Positions 35,588 through 44,914 are shown, counted from the stretch's first letter. The stretch is DNA of 64,000 nucleotides from Fibrobacterales bacterium (GCA_051532055.1 JAOPTX010000003.1:89064-153063), one strand, 5' to 3'. Numbers and translations are program-made. The notes: a model not told the origin generated them from the sequence alone.

Positions 35588-35935
35588 ATGAATAAATCAA
35601 ACAGCATATTCTCTTTTGCCATCTTTTCACTCACGCTAATGATTTCAATTTTCACTGCATTTGGCACTGCGGGGATGATTCGGCTTGAGGTTGCAGACTA
35701 TCATACGTATTACTGGCTTCTTGTAGTACTCCTCGGAGCAGGCGTTATCTATTCATATATGCTGAATGATCTCAAGCCATTAACGTGTGTTGCCGTTTTA
35801 AATGTGCCGATGGTATTGTTGATGGTGGGGCTCCTCTTTATTGAAATAGGGAGTTATGATTCGTCACTCATTTTTGTGCCGTATTTCGTGAGTCTCTCGA
35901 TACAGCTTTTTATGGTGAGACGTATTAATGGGTAA
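35588..35935 (+). CDS. Small integral membrane protein (about 4 TM), function unknown
   Basis: Hydrophobic segments throughout. I chose ATG 35588 (MNKSNSIFSFAIFSL), and the track ORF starts at 35531. Confidence 0.5.
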   Translation: MNKSNSIFSFAIFSLTLMISIFTAFGTAGMIRLEVADYHTYYWLLVVLLGAGVIYSYMLNDLKPLTCVAVLNVPMVLLMVGLLFIEIGSYDSSLIFVPYFVSLSIQLFMVRRING

Positions 35936-35987
35936 GGTCGTTTTATAACATAATACTCTATACTCTATTCACCCTCTCATCAGCCCT

Positions 35988-37934
35988 TTATCCTATAGGC
36001 AGTCGTATTACAAATTTAGTGCCGGTTCCGGGAGTAGATTCTACGATCATTTCACCATCATGATTTTCGGTAATGATGAAAAAAGAGACACTTAACCCGA
36101 GGCCTGTACCTGTGCCTACCGGCTTCGTCGTAAAAAATGGTTCAAATATACGCTTTTGAGTAACCATATCTATACCGGGTCCGTTGTCTTCAATTTCAAT
36201 ACAGACCATGGACTTTTCCTGATCCTTTTTTGTGCGGAGTATAAAGGTCGGCGGTGCACTATCTTTATTCGTTTTTTTACATTCTTCATAGTATTCACTC
36301 ATGGCTTGTGCGCCATTCCGTAAAATATTCAATAGGACTTGATGTATTTTTGCAACTTCGCAGGGGACTAAAGGGAGGTCTTCTTCGTATTCCCTAATAA
36401 AGCGTATTGTTTTAAAGTCATATGATTTTTTTAGATCATAATCAGATTCTGCAAGTTCAATTGCAGTATCAAGCATATGAGGTACGTCTTCAGAGGACCG
36501 AATATTGTCATTTTTCCGTGAAAAATTGAGCATGTTCGTGATAATGGTTGTCGCACGGTTTCCTGCCTCTGTTATGGTGTCAATCATGCGTACTACTTCA
36601 CGTTTTTCCAGATATTCATTCATTTGTGAAAGAGAGAGGCCAATGTCCTCTGCCATTTTTTTATTTGCTGCTAATTCAAAGTTTGTTAAACGGTTCTTAA
36701 GGTTATTGGTGTTTTGAATAATCCCCGCCAAAGGGTTATTTATCTCGTGGGCCATTCCAGCCGCAAGGCCGCCGAGTGAGAGCATCTTTTCTGATTGGAT
36801 CATCATTTCTTCGAGTTTTACTCGATGAGTGGCATCATCAATTCGAATGACTGCTCCCTGTATTCCATTTGCTATGAGTGGAAATATGGTAAGGTCTTCA
36901 TAATGATGTTGACCATTAACAATACTGAAGCGCTTCGGATCAAATTGTTCTTTTCTTGTTGCAATTGCCTCAAGTATGCGGGGCATTTCAGATACTAATG
37001 GTGGGTATATTGTTTTGAGGGGAAAGCCTACGGCATTATTTGATGCAACTCCTGAAGCCATAATTGCACCATCATTCCATTGAGTAATAGTACCTTCAGT
37101 ATCGACACCTATGAGGATAGAAGGCATTGAATTGATGATATTTGTGAGATAGTTCCTTGTTTCATTGAGGTCATCAATTTGCTTCTTAATTGTTGTATGC
37201 ATATTAATAAAGCTTTCTGCAAGGTACCCGACCTCGTCACTTCTGTTAATACTGAGTGTAACGCTGGTACTTCCCTGGGCAAAGGATTGAGCCGCGTCAC
37301 TTAATTGAGTAACGGGGTTTGTGACAAAATGTTTCAGGAGTATGCTTATGAGACCAAAGGATAGGAGTAAGAAAATGAAAAATGAGATACCCGTATAGAG
37401 GACTATATTGAAGATGGTATCATCGATTGATTTCTTGGAAATGCCTATGTCAATGGCTGCGACAGGACGCTTATTGTTATTTAACACGGGTATTAACACA
37501 TGGTACGATGAAGTGGTATTGAGTGTTTGAATCGAATCACTTTTGAAGAGGTCACTCAAAAGAGTATTGGTGCGAATGTCATTCCATGCTGATGCGTCGG
37601 TATAGGTAATGATGGTGCCATCTATTCCAATAACACCGACATGGGTTATGTCTTGTTCGGTATTTGACTTCATTACTTTGTGGCAATCAATGTTCAGACC
37701 CAGGGTTTGTTGCATTTTTGCTGTATAGCCACTTAAATCAACAACGCGCTTCTGTAAATTTTTGGTAATAGTCTGGGAACGCCATTCAATAATTTTTTTA
37801 TTATCGTGCTGTAATTGACCAATGTAGAGCCATGCCGCAATAGAGAGAAGTACTATTTGAACGATAGCAACCGAGAGGGTTACCTTGGTTCCCAATCGCA
37901 ATGAACGAATACTCTTCGTGTTGGATTTATTCAT
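35988..37934 (-). CDS. Sensor histidine kinase (extracytoplasmic sensor, HAMP, PAS, HisKA, HATPase)
   Basis: 648 aa. Motifs H-box GMAHEINNPL, DNGPGI and FEPFFTTKPVGTGTGLGLS. 8-nt overlap with the upstream solute-binding protein gene. Confidence 0.9.
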   Translation of the reverse strand: MNKSNTKSIRSLRLGTKVTLSVAIVQIVLLSIAAWLYIGQLQHDNKKIIEWRSQTITKNLQKRVVDLSGYTAKMQQTLGLNIDCHKVMKSNTEQDITHVGVIGIDGTIITYTDASAWNDIRTNTLLSDLFKSDSIQTLNTTSSYHVLIPVLNNNKRPVAAIDIGISKKSIDDTIFNIVLYTGISFFIFLLLSFGLISILLKHFVTNPVTQLSDAAQSFAQGSTSVTLSINRSDEVGYLAESFINMHTTIKKQIDDLNETRNYLTNIINSMPSILIGVDTEGTITQWNDGAIMASGVASNNAVGFPLKTIYPPLVSEMPRILEAIATRKEQFDPKRFSIVNGQHHYEDLTIFPLIANGIQGAVIRIDDATHRVKLEEMMIQSEKMLSLGGLAAGMAHEINNPLAGIIQNTNNLKNRLTNFELAANKKMAEDIGLSLSQMNEYLEKREVVRMIDTITEAGNRATTIITNMLNFSRKNDNIRSSEDVPHMLDTAIELAESDYDLKKSYDFKTIRFIREYEEDLPLVPCEVAKIHQVLLNILRNGAQAMSEYYEECKKTNKDSAPPTFILRTKKDQEKSMVCIEIEDNGPGIDMVTQKRIFEPFFTTKPVGTGTGLGLSVSFFIITENHDGEMIVESTPGTGTKFVIRLPIG

Positions 37935-39333
37935 TGGTTAGCCCTTTGGGGTAATGGGGCTCTAATATCTCTGTGTTTGCTTTTTGAGCAGCTGCCCGCA
38001 TCACCTCTGAAATTGGGGCTCCATGAAGTAACGCAGAGTGAAACGCGGTATAAAAAACACGACTGACTGCTGGATACTCAGGAATATTAGGCCGACACCG
38101 ACCGGTTTGCATACCTTTTTGAATGGCTTTTAAATAGGGGAACCTTTTAATAGCATTTTTTGAAAAATGTGAAAGTCGAAAAGGGCGTCCGCCTCTTTTA
38201 ATATATTCTTGACCAATTTGAATGCTTGTTAAAAATTGTATCACTAAATACGCTTCTTGTGCATTGTTACTGTACCGATTTATTGCAAGACTATGTGCGC
38301 CGAGTCCTGGTCGTGGTGGACCAATGGAACCATCCACTTGTTGCTTTCCAGGTAAGTTTGCATAGCCTATTTTGCCTATTACTTTTGAAGCGGTAGAATC
38401 TTCCATGGGGGCGCCAATTCCTTCTGCGGGCATTATTCCCATTGCGACCTTCCCACTTTGAAATGCACCAATATAGCGCGCATGGTCGAATTCTAGTGTA
38501 TTGGGGGGAGTGAGGCCTTCTGTATAGAGTGATGCATAGAATTCAAGTGCAGCGAGTCCTTCGGGGGTATCCCATGCAACGCGATACCGGGGGAGCCCTG
38601 GGATATCAACATCACTTCCATTGATAAGTCCTGCCCCCCAAGACCAGAGAAACGGAGCAGCATCAGCAGTGATGTATTCACCCACGTGGGCAAAAAGAGC
38701 AGTTCCATACAGTGTTGGTGGAGTATTTATTTTTCGGGCATTATCTCTGAATTCCGTAAATGTTTTGGGAGGCTTTAGACCGGCAGCTTTTAAAATATCA
38801 GATCGGTAGGTAAAGAGTGAGCCATAACTTCCGAGGGGGATCGCATATTGTTTATTGTCCCACTCGCCCCCTGATTTTCTTAACACGGGTACAATGTCAT
38901 CTAAATCAAGAGAGGGGAGTGCAGGGTTTTGCATGAATGGATTGAGTGGTTGCACCCAGCCTTGAGTAAAATAATACCCCAGTGATGGCTGATCGATGGA
39001 TACAATGTCATAGTACCCTTTTTTAGAGGACAGTTCAAGTTCATGTGCTTGAAGCATTGGTTCGAATTCAAGTAAAATTGCATTAACAGCAATACCGGTA
39101 CGTTTTTCAAAATCAGATTCTTTAAGGAGCTGGAGTGCCACTTCGAAACTATGGTCTTTTAATGCGCAGATCGTGACGGTTACCGTTTCACTCTTTAGAG
39201 GTGCGTTCTGTGTGCTCTCTTTTTTTATGAGAGGAGGAGTGTCACAAGTATTTGATACATTACAAATCATAATACCAGTGATTATTGTGAGCGCTGCAAT
39301 ACCCGTTATTCTGGCGATTTTTTTCATCTTCAA
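37927..39333 (-). CDS. Extracellular solute-binding protein (ABC family 1-like), probable co-sensor of the downstream kinase
   Basis: 468 aa with an N-terminal signal anchor. The general family-1 SBP pattern is present. No permease or ATPase genes are adjacent, and it is translationally coupled to the kinase. Confidence 0.75.
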   Translation of the reverse strand: MKMKKIARITGIAALTIITGIMICNVSNTCDTPPLIKKESTQNAPLKSETVTVTICALKDHSFEVALQLLKESDFEKRTGIAVNAILLEFEPMLQAHELELSSKKGYYDIVSIDQPSLGYYFTQGWVQPLNPFMQNPALPSLDLDDIVPVLRKSGGEWDNKQYAIPLGSYGSLFTYRSDILKAAGLKPPKTFTEFRDNARKINTPPTLYGTALFAHVGEYITADAAPFLWSWGAGLINGSDVDIPGLPRYRVAWDTPEGLAALEFYASLYTEGLTPPNTLEFDHARYIGAFQSGKVAMGIMPAEGIGAPMEDSTASKVIGKIGYANLPGKQQVDGSIGPPRPGLGAHSLAINRYSNNAQEAYLVIQFLTSIQIGQEYIKRGGRPFRLSHFSKNAIKRFPYLKAIQKGMQTGRCRPNIPEYPAVSRVFYTAFHSALLHGAPISEVMRAAAQKANTEILEPHYPKGLTNE

Positions 39334-39441
39334 TCTCTTGTAATTAAAGAATATGGTGAATTTCTATTATACAATTATTATGTAAATATTGCGAGAATCA
39401 GTCAATTTCCTAGAGTTTTTTTAGTTTCGGACAGTGATATC

Positions 39442-39479
39442 ATGCATTTTCTGCACACACAGGTCTACAGAAAATGCAT
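39442..39479. repeat. Perfect 12-bp inverted repeat
   Basis: ATGCATTTTCTG (39442-39453) / CAGAAAATGCAT (39468-39479) with a 14-nt spacer. No flanking T-run. Confidence 0.8.
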
Positions 39480-39746
39480 ACCTAGAATCCAGGCCATTGA
39501 GGGAGGTTCTTCTTTGAATGTTGTTATGGACTTAATATCAGGGCGCTTTTGAAAATAAGCAACAAGTGCCTCGTTACTAAAAGGTAATGAATGATATAAG
39601 CGGTGTTCTGGTTCTTTAAATACGGATATTTTTTTTGGTCTTTTTTTAGTTTTGCCGGTTTCCACATTAAATAGACAACACGTAATTGCGGCATAAAAGG
39701 TTGTACAATATCTGAAGAACTTGTTAATGCATAAATCGATGTGGCA

Positions 39747-39944
39747 TTAATTGTCGTCATTCACTTCTACACAGTCGACAATATATTTTTGTACTGCATC
39801 TCCATCTACACAAACATAATCCTGACAGCCGTCTTTAAAACTCTCTCCATCTGAATATGTTTTGCCATTAACTTCACATTCACCTAAGAAAAATGAGCAA
39901 GAAGTAAAAAGTGTTAGTAAAAACATGATAATTATTGTTTTCAT
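39747..39944 (-). CDS. Small Cys-rich lipoprotein, function unknown
   Basis: ATG 39944 preceded by AAGGAA. Lipobox LFTSC. The mature approximately 45-aa peptide has 5 further Cys (CEVNGKTYSDGESFKDGCQDYVCVDGDAVQKYIVDC). Confidence 0.55.
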   Translation of the reverse strand: MKTIIIMFLLTLFTSCSFFLGECEVNGKTYSDGESFKDGCQDYVCVDGDAVQKYIVDCVEVNDDN

Positions 39945-39994
39945 AATAGATTCCTTAAATAATAGATAAGTCAAAATTTAATAAAATATCCCCA

Positions 39995-40114
39995 TCTGAT
40001 CACCCAGCTCTAAAAATAATCGTTGCGTGTTTGCCCTGTTGGTGGGGCGTTGGAATGGGCACGCCTTTGCATGATGTTTATTTGAGAGAAAAGAAAATAT
40101 TTTTGTTTAATGAG
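39995..40114 (-). repeat. Family-1 dispersed repeat, copy A (5'-truncated)
   Basis: cgttgcgtgtttgccctgttggtggggcgttggaatgggcacgcctttgcatgatgtttatttgagagaaaagaaaatatttttgtttaatgag aligns with 45397-45490 and 42667-42760. Confidence 0.8.
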
Positions 40115-40160
40115 TAAAGGGATCATTATGAAAATAGAACCCTTACACACAACACATGGT

Positions 40161-41555
40161 CTATTCTAGCGTTTTCAAAAAAGTAATTTCAATAAGGTCT
40201 GACATGGTACTTCCATTAGGCTCAAAAACACACAATCGATAAGTTTTAAATGCATTTGGCCATTGAGTCATAAAAGTTAATTCTGCAACTTCAGTATTTG
40301 AATCCCAATGTGTATTGAGCTCTATATCTTTTCTGGCATCAACAGTAATCCAATTGCTAGAATCATACGGATCATCAATTGTTGCATCAACGGTATCAGC
40401 TCCTTGCACCACCCAGTTTTTTGGTAATCGTTCACGAAATTGATCAAATCTACCAGTCATAGTGTAATATTCGACTCTTTGTGGTTCATCAAAACTGTAA
40501 CTCACATTTGCAGTATGCGGGTATACGATATTATCCGAAACCCAATGAGTCCAATCTTCATAAGGAGATTTTCCATCAAAGAGCTTCCATGCTTTATATT
40601 CTGAACTATAAGTACTATTAGTCTGAACACGTATATCGTCTTTAACAGTTGGTATCATCAGATTGATTCTTTTGTTCTCCATAAAATATAGGTCGATAAT
40701 ATCCGCCTCAATTGCGCCATTTACTTCCATTATACAAATACGATATGCGTTATAGATTCCTGGATCTTTTACTGTGAACGCAATAGTATCCGCTAGATTA
40801 TCTGAATACCACTCAGATCCTATTTCAATATTTTCTCTTGAATCTATGGTTGTCCAATCAGAGTCATCCATAGGATCATCAGTAGTTGCACCTTCACTAT
40901 TAGAGCCTTGTACAATCCATTTCTTAGGAAGTCTATCCTTATATTCATCATATCTACCATGAATCCTATATTCTCGTATACTTCTTTCTTCGTGGAAGTC
41001 ATACATAATAACCGCAGGAAACACTTGCTTGCTATCAGACACCCAAAGAGTCCAAAGGGAGTCAACTGCATCAAATGCCTGCCACGCCTCATAATCACTA
41101 GTGAAAACAGAACTTGCTGTAGCATTATTTTTATAATCAATTGTTCTATCAATTGCATCTACTAGATCAGGATTAATATATGCAGGTAGTCCATTATCAA
41201 GGACATTTTGGTTCGATGATTGATCTACTTGCTGCTCTATGACACTACTAAAAGGACTACTTTCTAAGGAAGAATTATTGGACGTTTCATCTAAAGATGA
41301 AGGAGTTGCATTCGTAGCGGATGATGCTATAGAATTTGAACTCATAGAAGCATTTATACTAGACACCCCAGTATTAACCCCCGAAGAAAATTGGGTGTTG
41401 GGGGTAGAGGAATATACTATTAATGTACTACTCGAAATTGATGTTTGTTGACTACTTGAAAGCGTATCATCTTCAGTGACATTAATCTGACATGACATAG
41501 AAAGGAAGGTAAGTAAAGGCAAAAAATATTTTATGGCAATTTTCATATCAATCAT
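40161..41555 (-). CDS. Lipoprotein with a Ser-rich linker and two tandem discoidin/galactose-binding-like domains
   Basis: 464 aa with lipobox LSMSC. Internal duplication: AWQAFDAVDSLWTLWVSD...YRIHGRYDEYKDRLPKKWIVQGSN...DDSDWTTIDSRENIEI versus AWKLFDGKSPYEDWTHWVSD...YTMTGRFDQFRERLPKNWVVQGAD...DSSNWITVDARKDIEL. Confidence 0.7.
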   Translation of the reverse strand: MIDMKIAIKYFLPLLTFLSMSCQINVTEDDTLSSSQQTSISSSTLIVYSSTPNTQFSSGVNTGVSSINASMSSNSIASSATNATPSSLDETSNNSSLESSPFSSVIEQQVDQSSNQNVLDNGLPAYINPDLVDAIDRTIDYKNNATASSVFTSDYEAWQAFDAVDSLWTLWVSDSKQVFPAVIMYDFHEERSIREYRIHGRYDEYKDRLPKKWIVQGSNSEGATTDDPMDDSDWTTIDSRENIEIGSEWYSDNLADTIAFTVKDPGIYNAYRICIMEVNGAIEADIIDLYFMENKRINLMIPTVKDDIRVQTNSTYSSEYKAWKLFDGKSPYEDWTHWVSDNIVYPHTANVSYSFDEPQRVEYYTMTGRFDQFRERLPKNWVVQGADTVDATIDDPYDSSNWITVDARKDIELNTHWDSNTEVAELTFMTQWPNAFKTYRLCVFEPNGSTMSDLIEITFLKTLE

Positions 41556-41695
41556 TTTAATATGACTCCTTTGAATTATTAAACCATAAATATAGCCCCC
41601 CCTAAAGAGCTTTCCCTAAATCATGAGTGGCTGTGTAAAATACTGTTCACCACCAGTGAACACTCGTTGTTGAGGTTTGGAACAAAACAAATTGC

Positions 41696-42050
41696 TTATG
41701 TTTGTGAATTATTATTGATAACCATTAATTTATAACCAAAATAAATGGTTAAATCTTTACCACTCAAGTTTTTAATCCAATGTCTTGTTTTCATTGGAAT
41801 CAAAAGCTCTTCTTCGCCATTATGCGTAAACTCTTTTTCCCAAAACTTATATAGACACTCCCCTTTATCAAGATAAACCAGTTCATCACATTCAATATGT
41901 AACGCCTATTCTATGATGGCATCTGTTTTGAAAGTGCCTTTACGGAAAGAGAAACCCCTTTCTATCCAATCATTTTTTAAAAGTGGATGCCCATTCGCCA
42001 GGATCGGAATTTTCAGTAAAGAGGAGCAAGTACATCTGAGTGGTACTTCC
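41696..42050 (-). pseudogene. Cupin-fold gene remnant with an in-frame stop
   Basis: Minus-strand translation gives ...GFSFRKGTFKTDAIIE*ALHIECDELVYLDKGECLYKFWEKEFTHNGEEELLIPMKTRHWIKNLSGKDLTIYFGYKLMVINNNSQT*. In-frame TAG at 41906-41908. No start codon upstream. Confidence 0.5.
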
Positions 42051-42099
42051 TATGCCAATATTCTCGTATCATGGTTCTATTTTCACTCAAGAATGCCTT

Positions 42100-42360
42100 C
42101 ATTTCAACTCATTAATAGACCTAAAGGGCTTTTCTTTAGGAGTAACAAAAAAGTCACCATTTATACCCATTTATCAAAAACATAACCTAGAGTATAATGA
42201 AGTTGAGACCCCAATGCAGTTATTCAATAAAACATTACTTAATAGAGAAGATTTTTTTGAAGCAACATTTCTCACGGGGTATTTACTTGGAGGTAAAAAG
42301 GAAAAAAGTATACAAGATGACTTACGAGCAGTCGTTTGGATTTTAATTATCAAAATATGA
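42100..42360 (+). pseudogene. Possible fragment of a family-3 solute-binding protein gene
   Basis: ...GVTKKSPFIPIYQKHNLEYNEVETPMQLFNKTLLNREDFFEATFLTGYLLGG resembles the middle of amino-acid-type SBPs. It lacks an N-terminus and signal peptide and has the opposite orientation to its neighbours. Confidence 0.3.
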
Positions 42361-42427
42361 ATATCGAAAATTTTGATGCTTCAGATTTTTTTAAATACCA
42401 ACGAGATCATACCGGAAAAATTATACC

Positions 42428-42649
42428 CTAATACAAACGGTCGCACGCTTCATTAAAGCATACAACCCCCATCTTCTCCGTAAAGCTCTCTGATTTACCT
42501 GATTCAATGTTCAACACCACATGCCAGATGTACACACCCTGATCTATAACGGTTCCCGATTTCATTTCAGTCAGTAATACACCGCCCTCATTATATACCG
42601 GTATATCCTCTGAGGCATCGTTTGGCGAATCTACGCAGCGTTTTTGCAC
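42428..42649 (-). CDS. Hypothetical small protein (start lies inside repeat copy B)
   Basis: 73-codon ORF with a GTG start inside the family-1 repeat. No recognisable motif. Confidence 0.25.
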   Translation of the reverse strand: MQKRCVDSPNDASEDIPVYNEGGVLLTEMKSGTVIDQGVYIWHVVLNIESGKSESFTEKMGVVCFNEACDRLY

Positions 42650-42793
42650 TTCAGTGCATAGAAAAAACGTTGTGTGCTTCGGCTGTGTGTGGATCGTTGG
42701 AATGGGTATGCCTTGGCATGATATCTATTTGGGATAAAAGAAAGTATTTTTGTTTCGTGAGCGCAGTCGGGGAGGGCGGAACGATTTTTTTAG
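42632..42793 (-). repeat. Family-1 dispersed repeat, copy B (full length, about 160 bp)
   Basis: Near-identical over about 160 bp to 45361-45521. Contains the palindromes TGCACTTCAGTGCA and ATGCCTTGGCAT. Confidence 0.9.
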
Positions 42794-42848
42794 AATGTTT
42801 ACCAAGTGACATCACCACAAGAAGCGTTATCAAAAGTATTACTTTCAT
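42651..42848 (-). CDS. Small signal-peptide ORF whose C-terminal two-thirds is encoded by repeat copy B
   Basis: MKVILLITLLVVMSLG... followed by ...LTKQKYFLLSQIDIMPRHTHSNDPHTAEAHNVFSMH*. The same reading frame is open, but start-less, in copies A and C. Confidence 0.3.
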   Translation of the reverse strand: MKVILLITLLVVMSLGKHSKKIVPPSPTALTKQKYFLLSQIDIMPRHTHSNDPHTAEAHNVFSMH

Positions 42849-42887
42849 AGTTCCTTGGACTACAAGTACCTGAAGTTATTTTATTTT

Positions 42888-42923
42888 TTCCACCTGTGAT
42901 GCTGTTCCAATGCTTTGTTATAC
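42888..42923 (-). repeat. Half copy of the 57-bp attC-like palindrome, abutting the ParE stop codon
   Basis: gtgatgctgttccaatgctttgttatac (42896-42923) versus gtgatgccgctccaatgttttgttatac (46145-46172): 3 mismatches in 28. Both end 0-2 nt from a stop codon. Confidence 0.8.
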
Positions 42924-42925
42924 AT

Positions 42926-43249
42926 TTATCTTCCTAGTGATCTATTTAGAAGTGCATCATCAATATTTCTTCTACTATCAATAACTGCTAAAATTACAAT
43001 TTTCTTATTTTTTACTTTGTACATTATTCGCCACGGTGCAACAACTAATTCTCGATAAGATTTTATGTTCTGTAATTGTAATTCAGGAATAACCCTCCCT
43101 ACTTTGGGGGTATCTACTAATTTCACACAGCGTTCTTGTATTTTAGAAAATTGTTTCTTTGCTGCGTCAATACTATCAGAGCTAATGTAATCAAGAATAG
43201 ACTCTAAATCATATTGGGCACTCGGAGACCAAGCTACTGAATACTTCAT
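42926..43249 (-). CDS. Type II toxin, RelE/ParE family
   Basis: 107 aa. The pattern W.P.A..DL..I..YI......A......I.......P..GR......YRE.....YRI.Y......I.I..V...R is typical of ParE. 1-nt overlap with the upstream antitoxin. Confidence 0.8.
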   Translation of the reverse strand: MKYSVAWSPSAQYDLESILDYISSDSIDAAKKQFSKIQERCVKLVDTPKVGRVIPELQLQNIKSYRELVVAPWRIMYKVKNKKIVILAVIDSRRNIDDALLNRSLGR

Positions 43250-43518
43250 TACTTATACTTTGATTTTAGTTTAGCGAAAAACTTGGTCTGAGTTTCAAAA
43301 TCTCCATTTTCATATTCTTTTTCACTTTGTGACAAAAGCTTAAGAATTTTTAAACTATCTTGCATATTTTGATAGCTTTCAGGATCTACAATAACACCTT
43401 TAGCCTCTCCATTCTGGGTGATGAAAATGGGCCTATGTGTCTCATTGATTTGATTCAACACTTCTGAGGCATGTGCTTTTATATATGAAATTGGTTTTAT
43501 ATCTTGGACTAGATTCAT
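43249..43518 (-). CDS. Type II antitoxin, Phd/YefM family
   Basis: 89 aa. ISYIKAHASEVLNQINETHRPIFITQNGEAKGVIVDPESYQNM is a classic Phd/YefM N-terminal fold signature. Confidence 0.8.
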   Translation of the reverse strand: MNLVQDIKPISYIKAHASEVLNQINETHRPIFITQNGEAKGVIVDPESYQNMQDSLKILKLLSQSEKEYENGDFETQTKFFAKLKSKYK

Positions 43519-43630
43519 AATATCCTCCAGTCTAAATATAGTACTTAATATGGTTCGATGTAATCTATTCTTTATATTATCATAATTAAATAATTTCAGT
43601 TATATATTTGTCTCAAATAGCCACATTCTG

Positions 43631-43680
43631 GATGATGGGGCGTACACAAAAACATTTTCTTCCCTGCATGCCTATGCAGC
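43631..43680 (+). repeat. Family-1 repeat, partial inverted copy E with a palindromic insert
   Basis: gatgatggggcgtacacaaaaacattttcttccctgcatgcctatgcagc aligns with 46928-46980. Orientation is opposite to copies A-C. Confidence 0.7.
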
Positions 43681-43865
43681 TCATGATACTATAGTATGGA
43701 GTATTTTGGACCATAAAGGCATTGATGGCTTAACCGTTCAAGCTATTGATACTGGAGATGGGTTTGAAAAATTAATTGATAAACTAAAAGTCCAATACAT
43801 GCCTAAACGTTCCGAAAACGGCAGCAGTGAATTCCATATTTATGGGAATTTATTGATGCCTTTTC

Positions 43866-43901
43866 GTGTTGGGCCCAGTAGGTGATTATCGATACTTTAT
43901 C
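43866..43901. repeat. Family-2 repeat, copy F1
   Basis: gtgttgggcccagtaggtgattatcgatactttatc versus 44897-44933 gttgttgagcccagtaggtgattgtcgatactgtatc. Lies 47 nt after the RDD gene stop. Confidence 0.85.
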
Positions 43902-43947
43902 TTTTTAAATTAACAGAAGATGATAATTTGAAATAAATAGACATCTA

Positions 43948-44706
43948 TTATTTATTAATATCTTGTAACAATAATTGTTTTTTATTTACAACCAAAGTTC
44001 CAGCCATAAAATCATGTATTGCTCTACGATCTTTATTTAATTGCATAACAATTATTTCACTACACATCCAATATGTTTGAAATACTCCAATAACTATCAT
44101 AATCATTGTCCTACTTTGTGCTATTACAATATTTCTCTCTGTAAATGTTAATTCTGAAAATTTATACAAATCAATATCTGTAAATATCAAGTATGTTGAA
44201 AAAGCAGTTATAAATGCGAGACTCAAATCAATAGAAGTTCGAATCATAGCATTTGAAAACTTAATTGAATTGTTGTCAAGTTTAACAACTTGTAAACCCA
44301 TTATCATTTTGCCAATTGATGCACCAAATTTTGTTAATAAATAAATATTTAGACTCAAACACAATAACCAAAAAAACGACTGAAATACAGGGTATAGTCT
44401 TACAACATTATTTAGTATTAAGGGTTGTAGCAGAAAAAACGGAATCATAAAAACAAAACCATCAATTAAAACTGCACAAACTCTTCTTCCTGTACTGGCC
44501 AAATATGTTTTTTTACCTTTAGTATTTTCACCATTCCACAATCTGTATGATAAAATAAAACTCACAATTCCTAGCGGGATAGTAAAATACTTATCGACAC
44601 CTTCAAAAGCTTGATTTGGATTGGCTTGACTTCCCATATCAGTAAATGGCATCATCACATATATAAATCCAAATATAAAAGCAAATACTGCTAACGTTTT
44701 TTTCAT
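43948..44706 (-). CDS. RDD-family integral membrane protein
   Basis: GRRVCAVLIDGFVFMIPFF is the RDD signature, with multiple TM segments. I prefer ATG 44706 (GGAGA RBS) over the track start 44745. Confidence 0.7.
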   Translation of the reverse strand: MKKTLAVFAFIFGFIYVMMPFTDMGSQANPNQAFEGVDKYFTIPLGIVSFILSYRLWNGENTKGKKTYLASTGRRVCAVLIDGFVFMIPFFLLQPLILNNVVRLYPVFQSFFWLLCLSLNIYLLTKFGASIGKMIMGLQVVKLDNNSIKFSNAMIRTSIDLSLAFITAFSTYLIFTDIDLYKFSELTFTERNIVIAQSRTMIMIVIGVFQTYWMCSEIIVMQLNKDRRAIHDFMAGTLVVNKKQLLLQDINK

Positions 44707-44848
44707 AAATTCTCCAATAGTTATGCCTATAAACAAGTTACACAAAAAGCCTATATCAAATTAAGATAGTAAATTAGCATTACATATACAGGGCTTCGAT
44801 ACTCTTTTAAAATTCATCAATTTGTTCAAACAGTTCTCTCTCCTATCG

Positions 44849-44914
44849 CCTATTGGGCCCAACGTTCTCTATTTATAGAAAACATTGCCTGCTATCGTTG
44901 TTGAGCCCAGTAGG
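44849..44914. repeat. attC-like imperfect inverted repeat (includes family-2 copy F2)
   Basis: CCTATTGGGCCCAAC (44849-44863) / GTTGAGCCCAGTAGG (44900-44914): 13 of 15 complementary, 36-nt spacer. The arms contain GCCCAAC / GTTGAGC on the plus strand and GCTCAAC / GTTGGGC on the minus strand (RYYYAAC / GTTRRRY). Confidence 0.6.

Noticed and set aside
39465-39760. Two overlapping minus-strand ORFs (66 aa and 78 aa) between the solute-binding-protein gene and the Cys-rich lipoprotein gene.
   Set aside because: They overlap each other, lack RBS-like sequences and recognisable motifs, and one ends inside the 12-bp inverted repeat. Possibly a decayed cassette, but there is not enough evidence to call a gene.
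43631-43880. Plus-strand open frame (..HILDDGAYTKTFSSLHAYAAHDTIVWSILDHKGIDGLTVQAIDTGDGFEKLIDKLKVQYMPKRSENGSSEFHIYGNLLMPFRVGPSR*) as a transposase or integrase remnant.
   Set aside because: It has no start codon, no catalytic motif I can recognise (DDE or tyrosine recombinase), and its 5' part is simply repeat copy E read in one frame. It could be a gene fragment, but the identity is unsupported.
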